Of a DNA stretch of 64,000 bases, positions 1 to 18,614 are shown piece by piece; position 1 is the first letter of the stretch, and each line of letters begins with the position of its first letter. The notes under the pieces are model-generated. The model did not search any database and was not told the origin of the DNA. It saw only the letters and a list, made by a program, of their open reading frames with translations. The DNA is taken from assembly GCF_988242995.1 (NCBI RefSeq), contig NZ_OZ547043.1; one strand, 5' to 3'. The position numbers were made by a program, and so were the translations under genes.

Positions 1-1437
1 GACTGGTGTATCTCCCGTCAGCGCACCTGGGGCGTACCGATGTCACTGTTCGTGCATAAAGACACGGAAGAGCTGCATCCGCGTACCCTCGAACTGATGG
101 AAGAAGTGGCTAAACGCGTTGAAGTTGACGGCATCCAGGCGTGGTGGGATCTCGATGCGAAAGAGCTCCTCGGCGACGAAGCTGATCAGTATGTGAAAGT
201 GCCGGATACGCTGGATGTATGGTTTGACTCCGGATCTACCCACTCTTCCGTTGTTGACGTGCGTCCGGAATTTGCCGGTCACGCAGCGGACATGTATCTG
301 GAAGGTTCAGACCAGCACCGTGGCTGGTTCATGTCCTCTCTGATGATCTCTACCGCGATGAAGGGCAAAGCACCGTATCGTCAGGTACTGACCCACGGCT
401 TTACCGTGGATGGTCAGGGCCGCAAGATGTCTAAATCCATCGGCAACACCGTTTCGCCGCAGGATGTGATGAACAAACTGGGCGCGGATATTCTGCGTCT
501 GTGGGTGGCATCAACTGACTACACCGGTGAAATGGCCGTTTCTGACGAGATCCTGAAACGTGCTGCCGACAGCTATCGTCGTATCCGTAACACCGCGCGC
601 TTCCTGCTGGCAAACCTGAACGGTTTTGATCCGGCAAAAGATATGGTGAAACCGGAAGAGATGGTGGTACTGGATCGCTGGGCCGTAGGTTGTGCGAAAG
701 CGGCACAGGAAGACATCCTCAAGGCGTACGAAGCATACGATTTCCACGAAGTGGTACAGCGTCTGATGCGCTTCTGCTCCGTTGAGATGGGTTCCTTCTA
801 CCTCGACATCATCAAAGACCGTCAGTACACCGCCAAAGCGGACAGTGTGGCGCGTCGTAGCTGCCAGACTGCGCTGTATCACATCGCGGAAGCGCTGGTG
901 CGCTGGATGGCACCAATCCTCTCCTTCACCGCTGATGAAGTGTGGGGCTACCTGCCGGGCGAACGTGAAAAATACGTCTTCACCGGTGAGTGGTACGAAG
1001 GCCTGTTTGGTCTGGCAGACAGTGAAGCAATGAACGATGCGTTCTGGGACGAGCTGTTGAAAGTGCGTGGCGAAGTGAACAAAGTCATTGAGCAAGCGCG
1101 TGCCGACAAGAAAGTGGGCGGCTCGCTGGAAGCGGCAGTAACCTTGTATGCAGAACCGGAACTGGCGGCGAAACTGACCGCGCTGGGCGATGAATTACGA
1201 TTTGTCCTGTTGACCTCCGGCGCTACCGTTGCAGACTATAACGATGCACCTGCTGATGCTCAGCAGAGCGAAGTACTCAAAGGGCTGAAAGTCGCGTTGA
1301 GTAAAGCCGAAGGTGAGAAGTGCCCACGCTGCTGGCACTACACCCAGGATGTCGGTAAGGTGGCGGAACACGCAGAAATCTGCGGCCGCTGTGTCAGCAA
1401 CGTCGCCGGTGACGGTGAAAAACGTAAGTTTGCCTGA
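1..1437 (+). CDS. ileS: Isoleucyl-tRNA synthetase, C-terminal portion (CDS enters from upstream of window)
   Basis: Frame-1 ORF open from base 1 to stop at 1437; translation carries the KMSKS motif and C-terminal Zn-binding Cys cluster typical of IleRS; followed by lspA as in the ileS-lspA operon. Confidence 0.95.
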
Positions 1438-1931
1438 TGAGTCAATCGATCTGTTCAACAGGGCTACGCTGGCTGTGGCTGGTGGTAGTCGTGCTGATTA
1501 TCGATCTGGGCAGCAAATACCTGATCCTCCAGAACTTTGCTCTGGGGGATACGGTCCCGCTGTTCCCGTCGCTTAATCTGCATTATGCGCGTAACTATGG
1601 CGCGGCGTTTAGTTTCCTTGCCGATAGCGGCGGCTGGCAGCGTTGGTTCTTTGCCGGTATTGCGATTGGTATTAGCGTGATCCTGGCAGTGATGATGTAT
1701 CGCTCGAAGGCCACGCAGAAGCTAAACAATATCGCTTACGCGCTGATTATTGGCGGCGCACTGGGCAACCTGTTCGACCGCCTGTGGCACGGCTTCGTTG
1801 TCGATATGATCGACTTCTACGTCGGCGACTGGCACTTCGCCACCTTCAACCTTGCCGATACTGCCATCTGTGTCGGTGCGGCACTGATTGTGCTGGAAGG
1901 TTTTTTACCTTCTAAAGCGAAAAAACAATAA
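1437..1931 (+). CDS. lspA: Lipoprotein signal peptidase (signal peptidase II), 164 aa
   Basis: 164-aa hydrophobic ORF starting in the ATGA overlap with the ileS stop; matches LspA size and sequence. Confidence 0.95.
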
Positions 1932-1940
1932 TAAACCCTG

Positions 1941-1990
1941 CCGGATGCGGCCTACAGATTGCTGCGAAATCGTAGACCGCATCCGGCAAA
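1941..1990. repeat. REP-like imperfect palindrome (hairpin) between lspA and fkpB
   Basis: tgccggatgcggcctaca ... tgtagaccgcatccggca arms (about 17-18 bp) around a 14-nt loop, seen directly. Confidence 0.5.
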
Positions 1991-2018
1991 AATCCTCAAA
2001 ATATAAGAGCAAACCTGC

Positions 2019-2468
2019 ATGTCTGAATCTGTACAGAGCAATAGCGCCGTCCTGGTGCATTTCACGCTAAAACTCGACGATGGCACCACCGCCGAGTCTA
2101 CCCGCAACAACGGTAAACCGGCGCTATTCCGCCTGGGCGATGCTTCTCTTTCCGAAGGGCTGGAGCAACACCTGCTGGGGCTGAAAGTGGGCGATAAAAC
2201 CACTTTCTCGCTGGAGCCAGATGCGGCGTTTGGCGTGCCGTCACCGGATCTGATTCAGTACTTCTCCCGCCGTGAGTTTATGGATGCAGGCGAGCCAGAA
2301 ATTGGCGCAATCATGCTTTTTACCGCAATGGATGGCAGTGAGATGCCTGGCGTGATCCGCGAAATTAACGGCGACTCCATTACCGTTGATTTCAACCATC
2401 CGCTGGCCGGGCAGACCGTTCATTTTGATATTGAAGTGCTGGAAATCGATCCGGCACTGGAGGCGTAA
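2019..2468 (+). CDS. fkpB: FKBP-type peptidyl-prolyl cis-trans isomerase, 149 aa
   Basis: 149-aa ORF, FKBP domain, conserved position between lspA and ispH. Confidence 0.93.
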
Positions 2469-2469
2469 C

Positions 2470-3420
2470 ATGCAGATCCTGTTGGCCAACCCGCGTGGTT
2501 TTTGTGCCGGGGTAGACCGCGCTATCAGCATTGTTGAAAACGCGCTGGCCATTTACGGCGCACCGATATATGTCCGTCACGAAGTGGTGCATAACCGCTA
2601 CGTGGTCGATAGCCTGCGCGAGCGTGGGGCTATCTTTATTGAGCAGATTAGCGAAGTGCCGGACGGCGCGATCCTGATTTTCTCCGCACACGGTGTTTCT
2701 CAGGCGGTACGTAACGAAGCGAAAAGCCGTGATTTAACGGTATTCGACGCCACCTGCCCGCTGGTGACCAAAGTGCATATGGAAGTCGCCCGCGCCAGTC
2801 GCCGTGGCGAAGAATCTATTCTCATCGGCCACGCCGGGCACCCGGAAGTGGAAGGTACGATGGGCCAGTACAGTAACCCGGAAGGGGGAATGTATCTGGT
2901 CGAATCGCCAGACGATGTGTGGAAACTGACGGTCAAAAACGAAGAGAAGCTCTCCTTTATGACCCAAACCACTCTGTCGGTGGATGACACGTCTGATGTG
3001 ATCGACGCGCTGCGTAAACGCTTCCCGAAAATTGTCGGTCCGCGCAAAGATGACATCTGCTACGCCACGACTAACCGTCAGGAAGCGGTACGCGCCCTGG
3101 CAGAACAGGCGGAAGTTGTGCTGGTGGTCGGTTCGAAAAACTCCTCCAACTCCAACCGTCTGGCGGAGCTGGCCCAGCGGATGGGCAAACGCGCGTTTTT
3201 GATTGACGATGCGAAAGATATCCAGGAAGAGTGGGTGAAAGAGGTTAAATGCGTCGGCGTGACTGCGGGCGCATCGGCTCCGGATATTCTGGTGCAGAAT
3301 GTGGTGGCACGTTTGCAGCAGCTGGGTGGTGGTGAAGCCATTCCGCTGGAAGGCCGTGAAGAAAACATTGTTTTCGAAGTGCCGAAAGAGCTGCGTGTCG
3401 ATATTCGTGAAGTCGATTAA
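2470..3420 (+). CDS. ispH: 4-hydroxy-3-methylbut-2-enyl diphosphate reductase (IspH/LytB), 316 aa
   Basis: ORF track starts at 2386 but the recognisable N-terminus [19 protein letters not shown] begins at ATG 2470 directly after the fkpB stop; conserved Cys ligands present. Confidence 0.93.
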
Positions 3421-3444
3421 GTCATTAGCAGCCTAAGTTATGCG

Positions 3445-3476
3445 AAAATGCCGGTCTTGTTACCGGCATTTTTTAT
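3445..3476 (+). terminator. Rho-independent terminator after ispH
   Basis: aatgccggt-cttgtt-accggcatt stem-loop followed by TTTT. Confidence 0.7.
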
Positions 3477-3485
3477 GGAGAAAAC

Positions 3486-4400
3486 ATGCGTTTACCTATT
3501 TTCCTCGATACTGACCCCGGCATTGACGATGCCGTCGCCATTGCTGCCGCGATTTTTGCCCCCGAACTCGACCTGCAACTGATGACCACCGTCGCGGGTA
3601 ATGTCTCGGTTGAGAAAACCACCCGCAACGCCCTGCAACTGCTGCATTTCTGGAATGCGGAGATTCCGCTCGCTCAGGGAGCCGCTGTGCCGCTGGTACG
3701 CGCACCGCGTGATGCGGCATCTGTGCACGGCGAATCGGGAATGGCTGGCTACGACTTTGTTGAGCACAACCGAAAGCCACTCGAGATACCAGCGTTTCTG
3801 GCGATTCGTGATGCCCTGATGCGTGCACCAGAGCCTGTTACCCTGGTGGCCATTGGCCCGTTAACCAATATTGCGCTGTTACTTTCACAATGCCCGGAAT
3901 GTAAACCGTATATTCGTCGTCTGGTGATCATGGGCGGTTCTGCTGGTCGCGGCAACTGTACACCAAATGCCGAGTTTAATATCGCCGCCGATCCAGAAGC
4001 GGCTGCCTGTGTCTTCCGTAGCGGCATCGAAATCGTCATGTGCGGTCTGGATGTCACCAATCAGGCAATATTAACCCCTGACTATCTCGCTACCTTGCCG
4101 GAGTTGAATCGCACCGGAAAAATGCTCCACGCCCTGTTTAGTCACTACCGTAGCGGCAGTATGCAAAGTGGACTGCGAATGCACGATCTCTGCGCCATCG
4201 CCTGGCTGGTGCGCCCGGACCTGTTCACTCTCAAGCCGTGTTTTGTGGCAGTGGAAACGCAGGGCGAATTTACCTCTGGCACGACGGTGGTTGATATCGA
4301 CGGTTGCCTGGGCAAACCAGCCAATGTACAGGTGGCATTGGATCTGAATGTAAAAGGCTTCCAGCAGTGGGTAGCTGAGGTGCTGGCTCTGGTGCCGTAA
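3486..4400 (+). CDS. rihC: Non-specific ribonucleoside hydrolase RihC, 304 aa
   Basis: 304-aa ORF with N-terminal DTDPGIDD nucleoside hydrolase signature. Confidence 0.93.
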   Translation: MRLPIFLDTDPGIDDAVAIAAAIFAPELDLQLMTTVAGNVSVEKTTRNALQLLHFWNAEIPLAQGAAVPLVRAPRDAASVHGESGMAGYDFVEHNRKPLEIPAFLAIRDALMRAPEPVTLVAIGPLTNIALLLSQCPECKPYIRRLVIMGGSAGRGNCTPNAEFNIAADPEAAACVFRSGIEIVMCGLDVTNQAILTPDYLATLPELNRTGKMLHALFSHYRSGSMQSGLRMHDLCAIAWLVRPDLFTLKPCFVAVETQGEFTSGTTVVDIDGCLGKPANVQVALDLNVKGFQQWVAEVLALVP

Positions 4401-4551
4401 CCTGTCACATGTTATCGGCATGCAGTCATTCATCGACTCATGCCTTTCACTGATATCCCTCCCTGTTTATCATTAATTTCTAATTATCAGCGTTTTTGGC
4501 TGGCGGCGTAGCGATGCGCTGGTTACTCTGAAAACGGTCTATGCAAATTAA

Positions 4552-5388
<837 letters not shown>

Positions 5389-5440
5389 CCACAAAATGTT
5401 TATGATGATGCAAAAATAACACATTTAATTTATTGATTAT

Positions 5441-5473
5441 AAAGGGCTTTAATTTTTAGCCCTTTTATTTTTG
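5441..5473 (+). terminator. Rho-independent terminator after dapB
   Basis: aagggct-ttaattttt-agccctt hairpin followed by a T-rich run. Confidence 0.65.
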
Positions 5474-5794
5474 GTATTATGTTTTTAAATTTTATGTAAG
5501 TGCTAAAAATTACACGTTTTGTCTTCTGTTTTTGTTGTTTTAATGTAAATTTTGACCATCTGGTCCACTTTTTTCTGCTCATTTTTATTTCATGCAATCT
5601 TCTTGCTGCGCAAGCGTTTTCCAGAACATGTTATATGATCTTTTTGTCGCTTAATGCCTGTAAAACATGCATGAGCCACAAAATAATATAAAAAATCCCG
5701 CCATTAAGTTGACTTTTAGCGCCCATATCTCCAGAATGCCGCCGTTTGCCAGAAATTCGTCGGTAAGCAGATTTGCATTGATTTACGTCATCAT

Positions 5795-5815
5795 TGTGAA
5801 TTAATATGCAAATAA
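5795..5815 (+). promoter_or_regulatory. ARG-box-like operator in the carAB promoter (P2) region
   Basis: tgtgaattaatatgcaaa matches the ArgR box pattern TNTGAAT-AT-rich-ATTCA and lies about 30 bp upstream of the carA start in an AT-rich promoter region; assignment to carAB P2 is from established knowledge. Confidence 0.55.
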
Positions 5816-5843
5816 AGTGAGTGAATATTCTCTGGAGGGTGTT

Positions 5844-6992
5844 TTGATTAAGTCAGCGCTATTGGTTCTGGAAGACGGAACCCAGTTTCACGGTCGGGCC
5901 ATAGGGGCAACAGGTTCGGCGGTTGGGGAAGTCGTTTTCAATACTTCAATGACCGGTTATCAAGAAATCCTCACTGATCCTTCCTATTCTCGTCAAATCG
6001 TTACTCTTACTTATCCCCATATTGGCAATGTCGGCACTAATGACGCCGATGAAGAATCTTCTCAGGTACATGCACAAGGTCTGGTGATTCGCGACCTGCC
6101 GCTGATTGCCAGCAACTTCCGTAATACCGAAGACCTCTCTTCTTATCTGAAGCGCCATAACATCGTGGCGATTGCCGATATCGATACCCGTAAGCTGACG
6201 CGTTTACTGCGCGAGAAAGGCGCACAGAATGGCTGCATTATCGCAGGCGATAACCCGGATGCGGCGCTGGCATTAGAAAAAGCCCGCGCGTTCCCAGGTC
6301 TGAACGGCATGGATCTGGCAAAAGAAGTGACCACCGCAGAAGCCTATAGCTGGACACAAGGGAGCTGGACGTTGACCGGCGGCCTGCCAGAAGCGAAAAA
6401 AGAAGACGAGCAGCCGTTCCACGTCGTGGCTTATGATTTTGGTGCCAAGCGCAACATCCTGCGGATGCTGGTGGATAGAGGCTGTCGCCTGACCATCGTT
6501 CCGGCGCAAACTTCTGCGGAAGACGTGCTGAAAATGAATCCAGACGGCATCTTCCTCTCCAACGGTCCTGGCGACCCGGCCCCATGCGATTACGCCATTA
6601 CCGCCATCCAGAAATTCCTCGAAACCGATATTCCGGTATTCGGCATCTGCCTCGGTCATCAGCTGCTGGCGCTGGCGAGCGGTGCGAAGACTGTCAAAAT
6701 GAAATTTGGTCACCACGGCGGCAACCATCCGGTTAAAGATGTTGAGAAAAACGTGGTGATGATCACCGCCCAGAACCACGGTTTTGCGGTGGATGAAGCA
6801 ACATTACCTGCAAACCTGCGTGTCACGCATAAATCCCTGTTCGACGGTACGTTACAGGGCATTCATCGCACCGATAAACCGGCGTTCAGCTTCCAGGGGC
6901 ACCCTGAAGCCAGCCCTGGTCCACACGACGCCGCGCCGTTGTTCGACCACTTTATCGAGTTAATTGAGCAGTACCGTAAAACCGCTAAGTAA
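5844..6992 (+). CDS. carA: Carbamoyl-phosphate synthase small (glutamine amidotransferase) subunit, 382 aa
   Basis: ORF open from 5817; the known CarA N-terminus (M)[16 protein letters not shown] corresponds to a TTG start at 5844 preceded by SD ggaggg; GATase catalytic Cys present. Confidence 0.9.
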   Translation: MIKSALLVLEDGTQFHGRAIGATGSAVGEVVFNTSMTGYQEILTDPSYSRQIVTLTYPHIGNVGTNDADEESSQVHAQGLVIRDLPLIASNFRNTEDLSSYLKRHNIVAIADIDTRKLTRLLREKGAQNGCIIAGDNPDAALALEKARAFPGLNGMDLAKEVTTAEAYSWTQGSWTLTGGLPEAKKEDEQPFHVVAYDFGAKRNILRMLVDRGCRLTIVPAQTSAEDVLKMNPDGIFLSNGPGDPAPCDYAITAIQKFLETDIPVFGICLGHQLLALASGAKTVKMKFGHHGGNHPVKDVEKNVVMITAQNHGFAVDEATLPANLRVTHKSLFDGTLQGIHRTDKPAFSFQGHPEASPGPHDAAPLFDHFIELIEQYRKTAK

Positions 6993-7009
6993 TCAGGAGT
7001 AAAAGAGCC

Positions 7010-10228
<3,219 letters not shown>

Positions 10229-10279
10229 TAGCGTGTCATGGCGGATATTTTTCATCCGCTAATTTGATCGAATAACTAA

Positions 10280-10310
10280 TACGGTTCTCTGATGAGGACC
10301 GTTTTTTTTG
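10280..10310 (+). terminator. Rho-independent terminator after carB
   Basis: cggttctc-tgat-gaggaccg hairpin followed by TTTTTTTT. Confidence 0.7.
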
Positions 10311-10488
10311 CCCATTAAGTAAATCTTTTGGGGAATCGATATTTTTGATGACATAAGCAGGATTTAGCTCACACTTATCGACGGTGAAGTTGCATACTAT
10401 CGATATATCCACAATTTTAATATGGCCTTGTTTAATTGCTTCAAAACGAGTCATAGCCAGACTTTTAATTTGTGAAACTGGAGTTCGT

Positions 10489-10884
10489 ATGTGTGAAGGA
10501 TATGTTGAAAAACCACTCTACTTGTTAATCGCCGAATGGATGATGGCTGAAAATCGGTGGGTGATAGCAAGAGAGATCTCTATTCATTTCGATATTGAAC
10601 ACAGCAAGGCGGTTAATACCCTGACTTATATTCTGTCGGAAGTCACAGAAATAAGCTGCGAAGTTAAGATGATCCCTAATAAGCTGGAAGGGCGGGGATG
10701 CCAGTGTCAGCGACTGGTTAAAGTGGTCGATATCGATGAGCAAATTTACGCGCGCCTGCGCAATAACAGTCGGGAAAAATTAGTCGGCGTAAGAAAGACG
10801 CCGCGTATTCCTGCCGTTCCGCTCACGGAACTTAACCGCGAGCAGAAGTGGCAGATGATGTTGTCAAAGAGTATGCGTCGTTAA
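10489..10884 (+). CDS. caiF: Carnitine-operon transcriptional activator CaiF, 131 aa
   Basis: ORF track starts at 10384, but the recognised CaiF sequence MCEGYVEKPLYLLIAEWMM begins at the internal ATG 10489. Confidence 0.85.
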   Translation: MCEGYVEKPLYLLIAEWMMAENRWVIAREISIHFDIEHSKAVNTLTYILSEVTEISCEVKMIPNKLEGRGCQCQRLVKVVDIDEQIYARLRNNSREKLVGVRKTPRIPAVPLTELNREQKWQMMLSKSMRR

Positions 10885-10911
10885 TGTCGTTTCGTTGATA
10901 CCGTGCGACCT

Positions 10912-10999
10912 GGTCGCCGGATGCGATGCTGGCGCATCTTATATGGCCTACGGTTCCTTTCCAGCTAGGTCGGATAAGGCGTTTACGCCGCATCCGGAA
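10912..10999. repeat. REP/BIME palindromic units between caiF and caiE
   Basis: gccggatgcgatgctggcgcatcttat ... cggataaggcgtttacgccgcatccgg REP motifs. Confidence 0.7.
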
Positions 11000-11002
11000 A
11001 GA

Positions 11003-11593
11003 TCACCGTTTCGGCGTCACATCCGTCGTCCCCTGCAAACGGGGGCGATTTTCCTCCATTTGCCTCAGTGGTTGTGTTTCATGTAACGATGCATGACAGC
11101 GCCCGACAAGATCCTGATACTCTTTGGTATTCAACCGTTTCCAGTGTAACTCGTCGCCACTAACAGTGCGTACAGCGTGGGCTGGCGTACCGATCAACAA
11201 CTGGCGTTTCTCGCCGCGAAAGCCCGCTTTGACAAAGCTCATGGCGGCAACAATGCTCTCTTCGCCAATGACCGCGCCATCCATAATCACGCTGTTCATC
11301 CCGACCAATGCATCGCGACCAATCACACAACCATGCAGGATCGCTCCGTGCCCGATATGGCCGTTTTCCCCAACGATAGTGTCAGTGTCGCAGTAGCCAT
11401 GCATAATGCAGCCATCCTGAATATTGGCTCCCGCTTGCACGATCAACCGCCCGTAATCACCACGCAGTGAGGCGAGTGGGCCGATGTAGACACCGGCTCC
11501 CACAATCACATCGCCAATCAATACTGCACTGGGATGGACAAACGCCGTCGGGTGAACCACCGGAATTAACCCCTCAAAGGCGTAATAGCTCAC
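11003..11593 (-). CDS. caiE: Carnitine operon protein CaiE (hexapeptide-repeat acyltransferase family)
   Basis: ORF 11003..11614; a GTG start at 11593 gives the approximately 196-aa CaiE beginning [14 protein letters not shown]; start choice is uncertain. Confidence 0.88.
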   Translation of the reverse strand: MSYYAFEGLIPVVHPTAFVHPSAVLIGDVIVGAGVYIGPLASLRGDYGRLIVQAGANIQDGCIMHGYCDTDTIVGENGHIGHGAILHGCVIGRDALVGMNSVIMDGAVIGEESIVAAMSFVKAGFRGEKRQLLIGTPAHAVRTVSGDELHWKRLNTKEYQDLVGRCHASLHETQPLRQMEENRPRLQGTTDVTPKR

Positions 11594-11598
11594 GGTTG

Positions 11599-12384
11599 TT
11601 AACGTCCTTTCCACACTGGATCGCGCTTCTCGGCAAACGCCAGCGGCCCTTCAATGGCATCTTCCGAATGCAGAACCGACGGATAGTGTTTCAACACGCC
11701 GCTGCGAATATAGCGATACGCTTCTTCTACCGGCATTTCGCTGGTGGTGCGGTAGATCTCTTTCAGCGCCGCAATCGCCAGCGGAGCGCTGTTAACCAGC
11801 TGCTGCGCCAGTTCGCGGGCGTTATCCATCAGTTCCGCCTGGCTAACCACGCGGTTGACTATCCCCCAACGCAGCGCCTCTTCTGCGCCCATTCGTCTGC
11901 CGGTCATCACCATTTCATTGACGATGGCAGGCGGCAGGATCTTCGGCAGACGCAGCACGCCGCCGCTGTCAGGAACGATGCCCAGTTTGGCTTCCGGCAG
12001 GGCGAAGCTGGCATTATCGGCACAAACAATAAAATCTGCCGCCAGCGCCAGTTCAAAGCCGCCGCCAAAGGCATAGCCGTTCACAGCTGCGATAACCGGT
12101 TTGTCGAGATTGAAAATTTCGGTTAATCCTGCAAAACCACCCGGGCCAAAGTCAGCATCCGGTGCTTCGCCTTCTGCTGCCGCTTTTAAATCCCAGCCCG
12201 CGGAAAAGAATTTCTCTCCGGCACCGGTAATAATGGCGACACGTAATTGCGGATCGTCACGGAAATTTAGAAATACTTCGCCCATTTCAAAGCTGGTTTT
12301 TGCATCAATAGCATTCGCTTTTGGGCGATCAAGGGTAATTTCCAGAATTGATCCATTGCGGGTCAGATGTAATGATTCACTCAT
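11599..12384 (-). CDS. caiD: Crotonobetainyl-CoA hydratase CaiD (enoyl-CoA hydratase family), 261 aa
   Basis: ORF 11599..12492; the recognised CaiD N-terminus [27 protein letters not shown] starts at ATG 12384. Confidence 0.9.
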   Translation of the reverse strand: MSESLHLTRNGSILEITLDRPKANAIDAKTSFEMGEVFLNFRDDPQLRVAIITGAGEKFFSAGWDLKAAAEGEAPDADFGPGGFAGLTEIFNLDKPVIAAVNGYAFGGGFELALAADFIVCADNASFALPEAKLGIVPDSGGVLRLPKILPPAIVNEMVMTGRRMGAEEALRWGIVNRVVSQAELMDNARELAQQLVNSAPLAIAALKEIYRTTSEMPVEEAYRYIRSGVLKHYPSVLHSEDAIEGPLAFAEKRDPVWKGR

Positions 12385-12492
12385 TCCTTTTCTCCATTTT
12401 TGCTTTTTCAGGGACGACAACATCCCTGCAAAAAATGCATATTGTTTTAGAGCGTGATTATTAGCTGGCAGGGTAGTTCCCTGCCGTTTCAT

Positions 12493-14046
12493 TTATTTAA
12501 GATTCTTTCTAATTATTTTCCCCGAGCAATTACGTGGCAGATCTTTTCTGATCTCCAGATAAGAGGGCACTTTAAATTTCGCCATATTTTGTTCGCAGAA
12601 GCGGAAAAATTCCTCTTCGCTCAATGTTTCACCTTCATTCAGCACCACAAATGCTTTGATGGCTTCATCGCGAATCGAATCTTTAATACCCACAACCACG
12701 ATATCCTGAATTTTTGGATGGGTGGCGATAATATTTTCCAGCTCCACGCAGGAGACATTCTCGCCACCGCGTTTGATCATATTGCAGCGGCGATCGACGA
12801 AATAAAAAAAGCCCTCTTCGTCGCGGTATCCGGTATCGCCGGTATGTAGCCAGCCATCGGCTTCCAGCACTTTCGCAGTGGCTTTCGGGTTGAGAAAATA
12901 CTCTTTGAAGATGGTTTTCCCTGGTACGCCTTTAATACAGATTTCACCGATCTCACCTGCCGGGAGCGGGCGATTGTGATCGTCGCGGATCTCCGCTTCG
13001 TAGCAAAAGCCCGCCCGACCAATCGACGGCCAGCGTCGTTTATCGCCAGGGCGATCGCCGATAATGCCCACAATGGTTTCCGTCATCCCATAAGACGTCA
13101 GCAAGCGAACGCTGAAGCGTTCACAAAACGCGTCTTTTTCCTGCTCCGACAGGTTGAGATAAAACATCACTTCCCGCAGGCAGTGTTGCCGATCGTTCGC
13201 TGAAGGCGGCTGCACCATCAACGTACGAATCATCATCGGAATACATTCGGTAATGGTGGCGCGGTACTTCTGCACCTGTCCCCAGAAGGCGCGGGCGCTG
13301 TATTTCTCGACCAGCACAAAGGTGGCCCCGGCAGAAAACGCCGCCATCGCCGCAGTACACTGGCAGTCAATATGAAACGCAGGCATTACCGTCAGGTAGA
13401 CGTCATCGTCACGCAGTGCACACTGCCAGGCGGAGTAATATCCAGCGAAGCGCAGGTTGTAATGGGTAATCACCACACCTTTCGGTCGGGAGGTAGTGCC
13501 GGAGGTGAAGAGAATTTCCGCCGTATCGTCAGTCGATAGCGGCGGTGCATAGCACAAGGTGGCAGGTTGTTGATTTTTCAGTTGAGTAAACGAACTCACG
13601 CCATCATCAGCGGGAAGTGCCACATCTGTCAGGCAAATGTGCCGCAACTGCGTGGCATCTTCCTGCTGAATCTGTTGATACATAGGATAAAATTGCGCAC
13701 TGGTCACCAGCAGGCACGCCTGGCTATTTTGCAGGAGCCACGCGCTTTCCTCGCGTAACAGGCGGGCGTTAATCGGCACCATAATCGCGCCAATTTTTGC
13801 CAGCCCGAACCAGCAAAAGATAAATTCCGGGCAGTTGTCGAGATGTAGAGCAACCTTGTCGCCTTTGCGAATCCCCAGCGTATAAAACAGGTTTGCCGTG
13901 CGGTTAATCTCCTGATTTAACTTAAGATAACTATACCGGTTAACGACTCCGCTGCTGGATTCACAAATCAGCGCCGTTTTATGACCGTAAACGTCCGCCA
14001 GATCGTCCCACATTTGACGTAGATGTTGTCCGCCAATGATATCCAT
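12493..14046 (-). CDS. caiC: Crotonobetaine/carnitine-CoA ligase CaiC, about 517 aa
   Basis: Adenylate-forming enzyme ORF ([11 protein letters not shown] motif); start set at MDIIGGQHL, five codons inside the ORF-track start. Confidence 0.9.
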   Translation of the reverse strand: MDIIGGQHLRQMWDDLADVYGHKTALICESSSGVVNRYSYLKLNQEINRTANLFYTLGIRKGDKVALHLDNCPEFIFCWFGLAKIGAIMVPINARLLREESAWLLQNSQACLLVTSAQFYPMYQQIQQEDATQLRHICLTDVALPADDGVSSFTQLKNQQPATLCYAPPLSTDDTAEILFTSGTTSRPKGVVITHYNLRFAGYYSAWQCALRDDDVYLTVMPAFHIDCQCTAAMAAFSAGATFVLVEKYSARAFWGQVQKYRATITECIPMMIRTLMVQPPSANDRQHCLREVMFYLNLSEQEKDAFCERFSVRLLTSYGMTETIVGIIGDRPGDKRRWPSIGRAGFCYEAEIRDDHNRPLPAGEIGEICIKGVPGKTIFKEYFLNPKATAKVLEADGWLHTGDTGYRDEEGFFYFVDRRCNMIKRGGENVSCVELENIIATHPKIQDIVVVGIKDSIRDEAIKAFVVLNEGETLSEEEFFRFCEQNMAKFKVPSYLEIRKDLPRNCSGKIIRKNLK

Positions 14047-14119
14047 TGCACCTCTATCCATTGTTGTTCGTTTGTTATTGGGCGGGCGCTAGTCAGGCAA
14101 GCCGACTGACGCCACGCGT

Positions 14120-15450
<1,331 letters not shown>

Positions 15451-15454
15451 GGAC

Positions 15455-16597
15455 TTAGCGGTATTGCTTCAGCACCGCGCGACCCAGCGTCAGGATCTGC
15501 ATTTCGTCAGATCCTCCGGAGACGCGGTCTACACGCAGGTCACGCCAGAAGCGGCTGATGCGGTGGTTGCCCGCAATCCCGACACCGCCCAGCACCTGCA
15601 TTGCGCTATCCACCACTTCAAATGCCGCATTGGCGCAGAAGTATTTGCACATCGCTGCATCGCCAGAGGTGGTGGTGCCGTTGTCTGCTTTCCACGCTGC
15701 TTCATACAGCATGTTTTTCATGGAGTTTAATTTGATCGCCATGTGGGCGAATTTTTCCTGAATCAACTGGAAACGACCAATAGCCTCGCCAAACTGCACG
15801 CGCTGGTTGGCGTAGCGCGCCGCATCTTCAAAGGCGCACATCGCCGTACCGTAGTTGGTCAGGGCTACCAGGAAACGTTCATGGTCGAACTCTTCTTTGA
15901 CGCGGTTAAAGCCGTTACCTTCGCGACCGAACATGTCTTTCTCGTCCAGTTCCACGTCGTCAAAGGTGATTTCACAGCAGCTATCCATACGCAGACCGAG
16001 CTTTTCAAGTTTGGTCACTTTGATGCCCGGTTTGCTCATATCAACAAACCATTCGGTGTAGACAGGTTTGTCCGGAGAAGCCCCGTCGCGCGCCATCACC
16101 ACGATGTACGGGGTGTAGGCGCTGCTGGTAATAAAACACTTACTACCATTAAGATAAATCTTACCATTTCTACGGGTATAAGTCGTTTTCAGGCTACCCA
16201 CGTCGGAGCCCGCGCCCGGTTCGGTAATCGCTGAGTTCCACATCTGCTTACCGGTGCCGCGGAAAGCCATAATCTTGTCGATCTGCTCTTGTGTGCCTTC
16301 GCGCAGGAAGGTATTGAACCCGCCCGGCAACTGGTACAGCACATAGGTTGGTGCCCCCAGACGTCCCAGCTCCATCCACACGGCGGCGAGAGTAACAAAC
16401 CCCGCGTCCAGACCACCGTGCTCTTCAGGGATCAGCAGACTGTCGATCCCCATATCCGCCAGTGCTTTGACAAAACGTTCCGGGTAGACGCTGTCACGGT
16501 CGCACTCGGCAAAATAGGCCTCCCAGTTTTCGCTGGCCATCAGTTCGCGGATACCGGCGACAAACAGTTCCTGCTCATCATTTAAATTAAAATCCAT
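15455..16597 (-). CDS. caiA: Crotonobetainyl-CoA reductase CaiA (acyl-CoA dehydrogenase family), 380 aa
   Basis: 380-aa acyl-CoA dehydrogenase-like ORF matching CaiA. Confidence 0.95.
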   Translation of the reverse strand: MDFNLNDEQELFVAGIRELMASENWEAYFAECDRDSVYPERFVKALADMGIDSLLIPEEHGGLDAGFVTLAAVWMELGRLGAPTYVLYQLPGGFNTFLREGTQEQIDKIMAFRGTGKQMWNSAITEPGAGSDVGSLKTTYTRRNGKIYLNGSKCFITSSAYTPYIVVMARDGASPDKPVYTEWFVDMSKPGIKVTKLEKLGLRMDSCCEITFDDVELDEKDMFGREGNGFNRVKEEFDHERFLVALTNYGTAMCAFEDAARYANQRVQFGEAIGRFQLIQEKFAHMAIKLNSMKNMLYEAAWKADNGTTTSGDAAMCKYFCANAAFEVVDSAMQVLGGVGIAGNHRISRFWRDLRVDRVSGGSDEMQILTLGRAVLKQYR

Positions 16598-16627
16598 CTT
16601 TCAACCTCTTGATATTTTGGGGGTTAA

Positions 16628-18145
<1,518 letters not shown>

Positions 18146-18278
18146 TTAATTCCACTGTGAAAACGAATATTTATTTTGCGTTCCCGTTTGTTTTATTTTT
18201 GTTAACATTTAATATAATTATTATTAACCTCGTGGACGCGTTAATGGCTAACTCATAATGGGTATTCAATTGGCTGCG

Positions 18279-18300
18279 TTCTGTGATGTTAGTCACGGTT
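18279..18300. promoter_or_regulatory. CRP-binding site in the divergent caiT/fixA control region
   Basis: tgtga-tgttag-tcacg matches the CRP consensus TGTGA-N6-TCACA; cai and fix are known to be CRP dependent. Confidence 0.6.
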
Positions 18301-18392
18301 TTTTATCGGGTAAAAACAGGGCGTCTTTGTGTAAATATTAATTGTTTATCAATGTGATAAGTTTGATTGTGAGTAAAAAAATAGCATCTGAC

Positions 18393-18427
18393 TTTCAATA
18401 TTGGTGATCCATAAAGCAATATTGAAA
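18393..18427. promoter_or_regulatory. CaiF activator site 1 (inverted 11-bp half-sites, 13-bp spacer)
   Basis: tttcaatattg-N13-caatattgaaa perfect inverted repeat; matches the published CaiF site architecture as I recall it. Confidence 0.7.
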
Positions 18428-18449
18428 ATTTCTTTTTGCTACGCCATGT

Positions 18450-18484
18450 TTTCAATATTGGTGAGGGACTTAACAATATTGAAA
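18450..18484. promoter_or_regulatory. CaiF activator site 2 (inverted 11-bp half-sites, 13-bp spacer)
   Basis: Second tttcaatattg-N13-caatattgaaa copy 57 bp downstream of site 1. Confidence 0.7.
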
Positions 18485-18614
18485 GTTGGATTTATCTGCG
18501 TGTGACATTTTCAATATTGGTGATTAAAGTTTTATTTCCAAATTAAAGGGCGTGATATCTGTAATTAACACCACCGATATGAACGACGTTTCCTTCATGA
18601 TTTCTGGAGATGCA

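Noticed and set aside
5500-5691. 63-aa ORF in the dapB-carA intergenic region
   Set aside because: Sits in the AT-rich carAB promoter region; Phe/Leu/Cys-rich translation reflects T-rich DNA, not a gene.
10384-10488. N-terminal extensions suggested by the ORF track (caiF and likewise ispH, fixA, kefC, folA, araC, djlA, leuO, ilvI, ilvH)
   Set aside because: The extended frames lack SD sequences and overrun upstream genes or promoters; the internal starts coincide with the known protein N-termini.
11467-12126. 219-aa ORF on the plus strand
   Set aside because: Antisense to caiD/caiE; Arg-rich translation without motifs.
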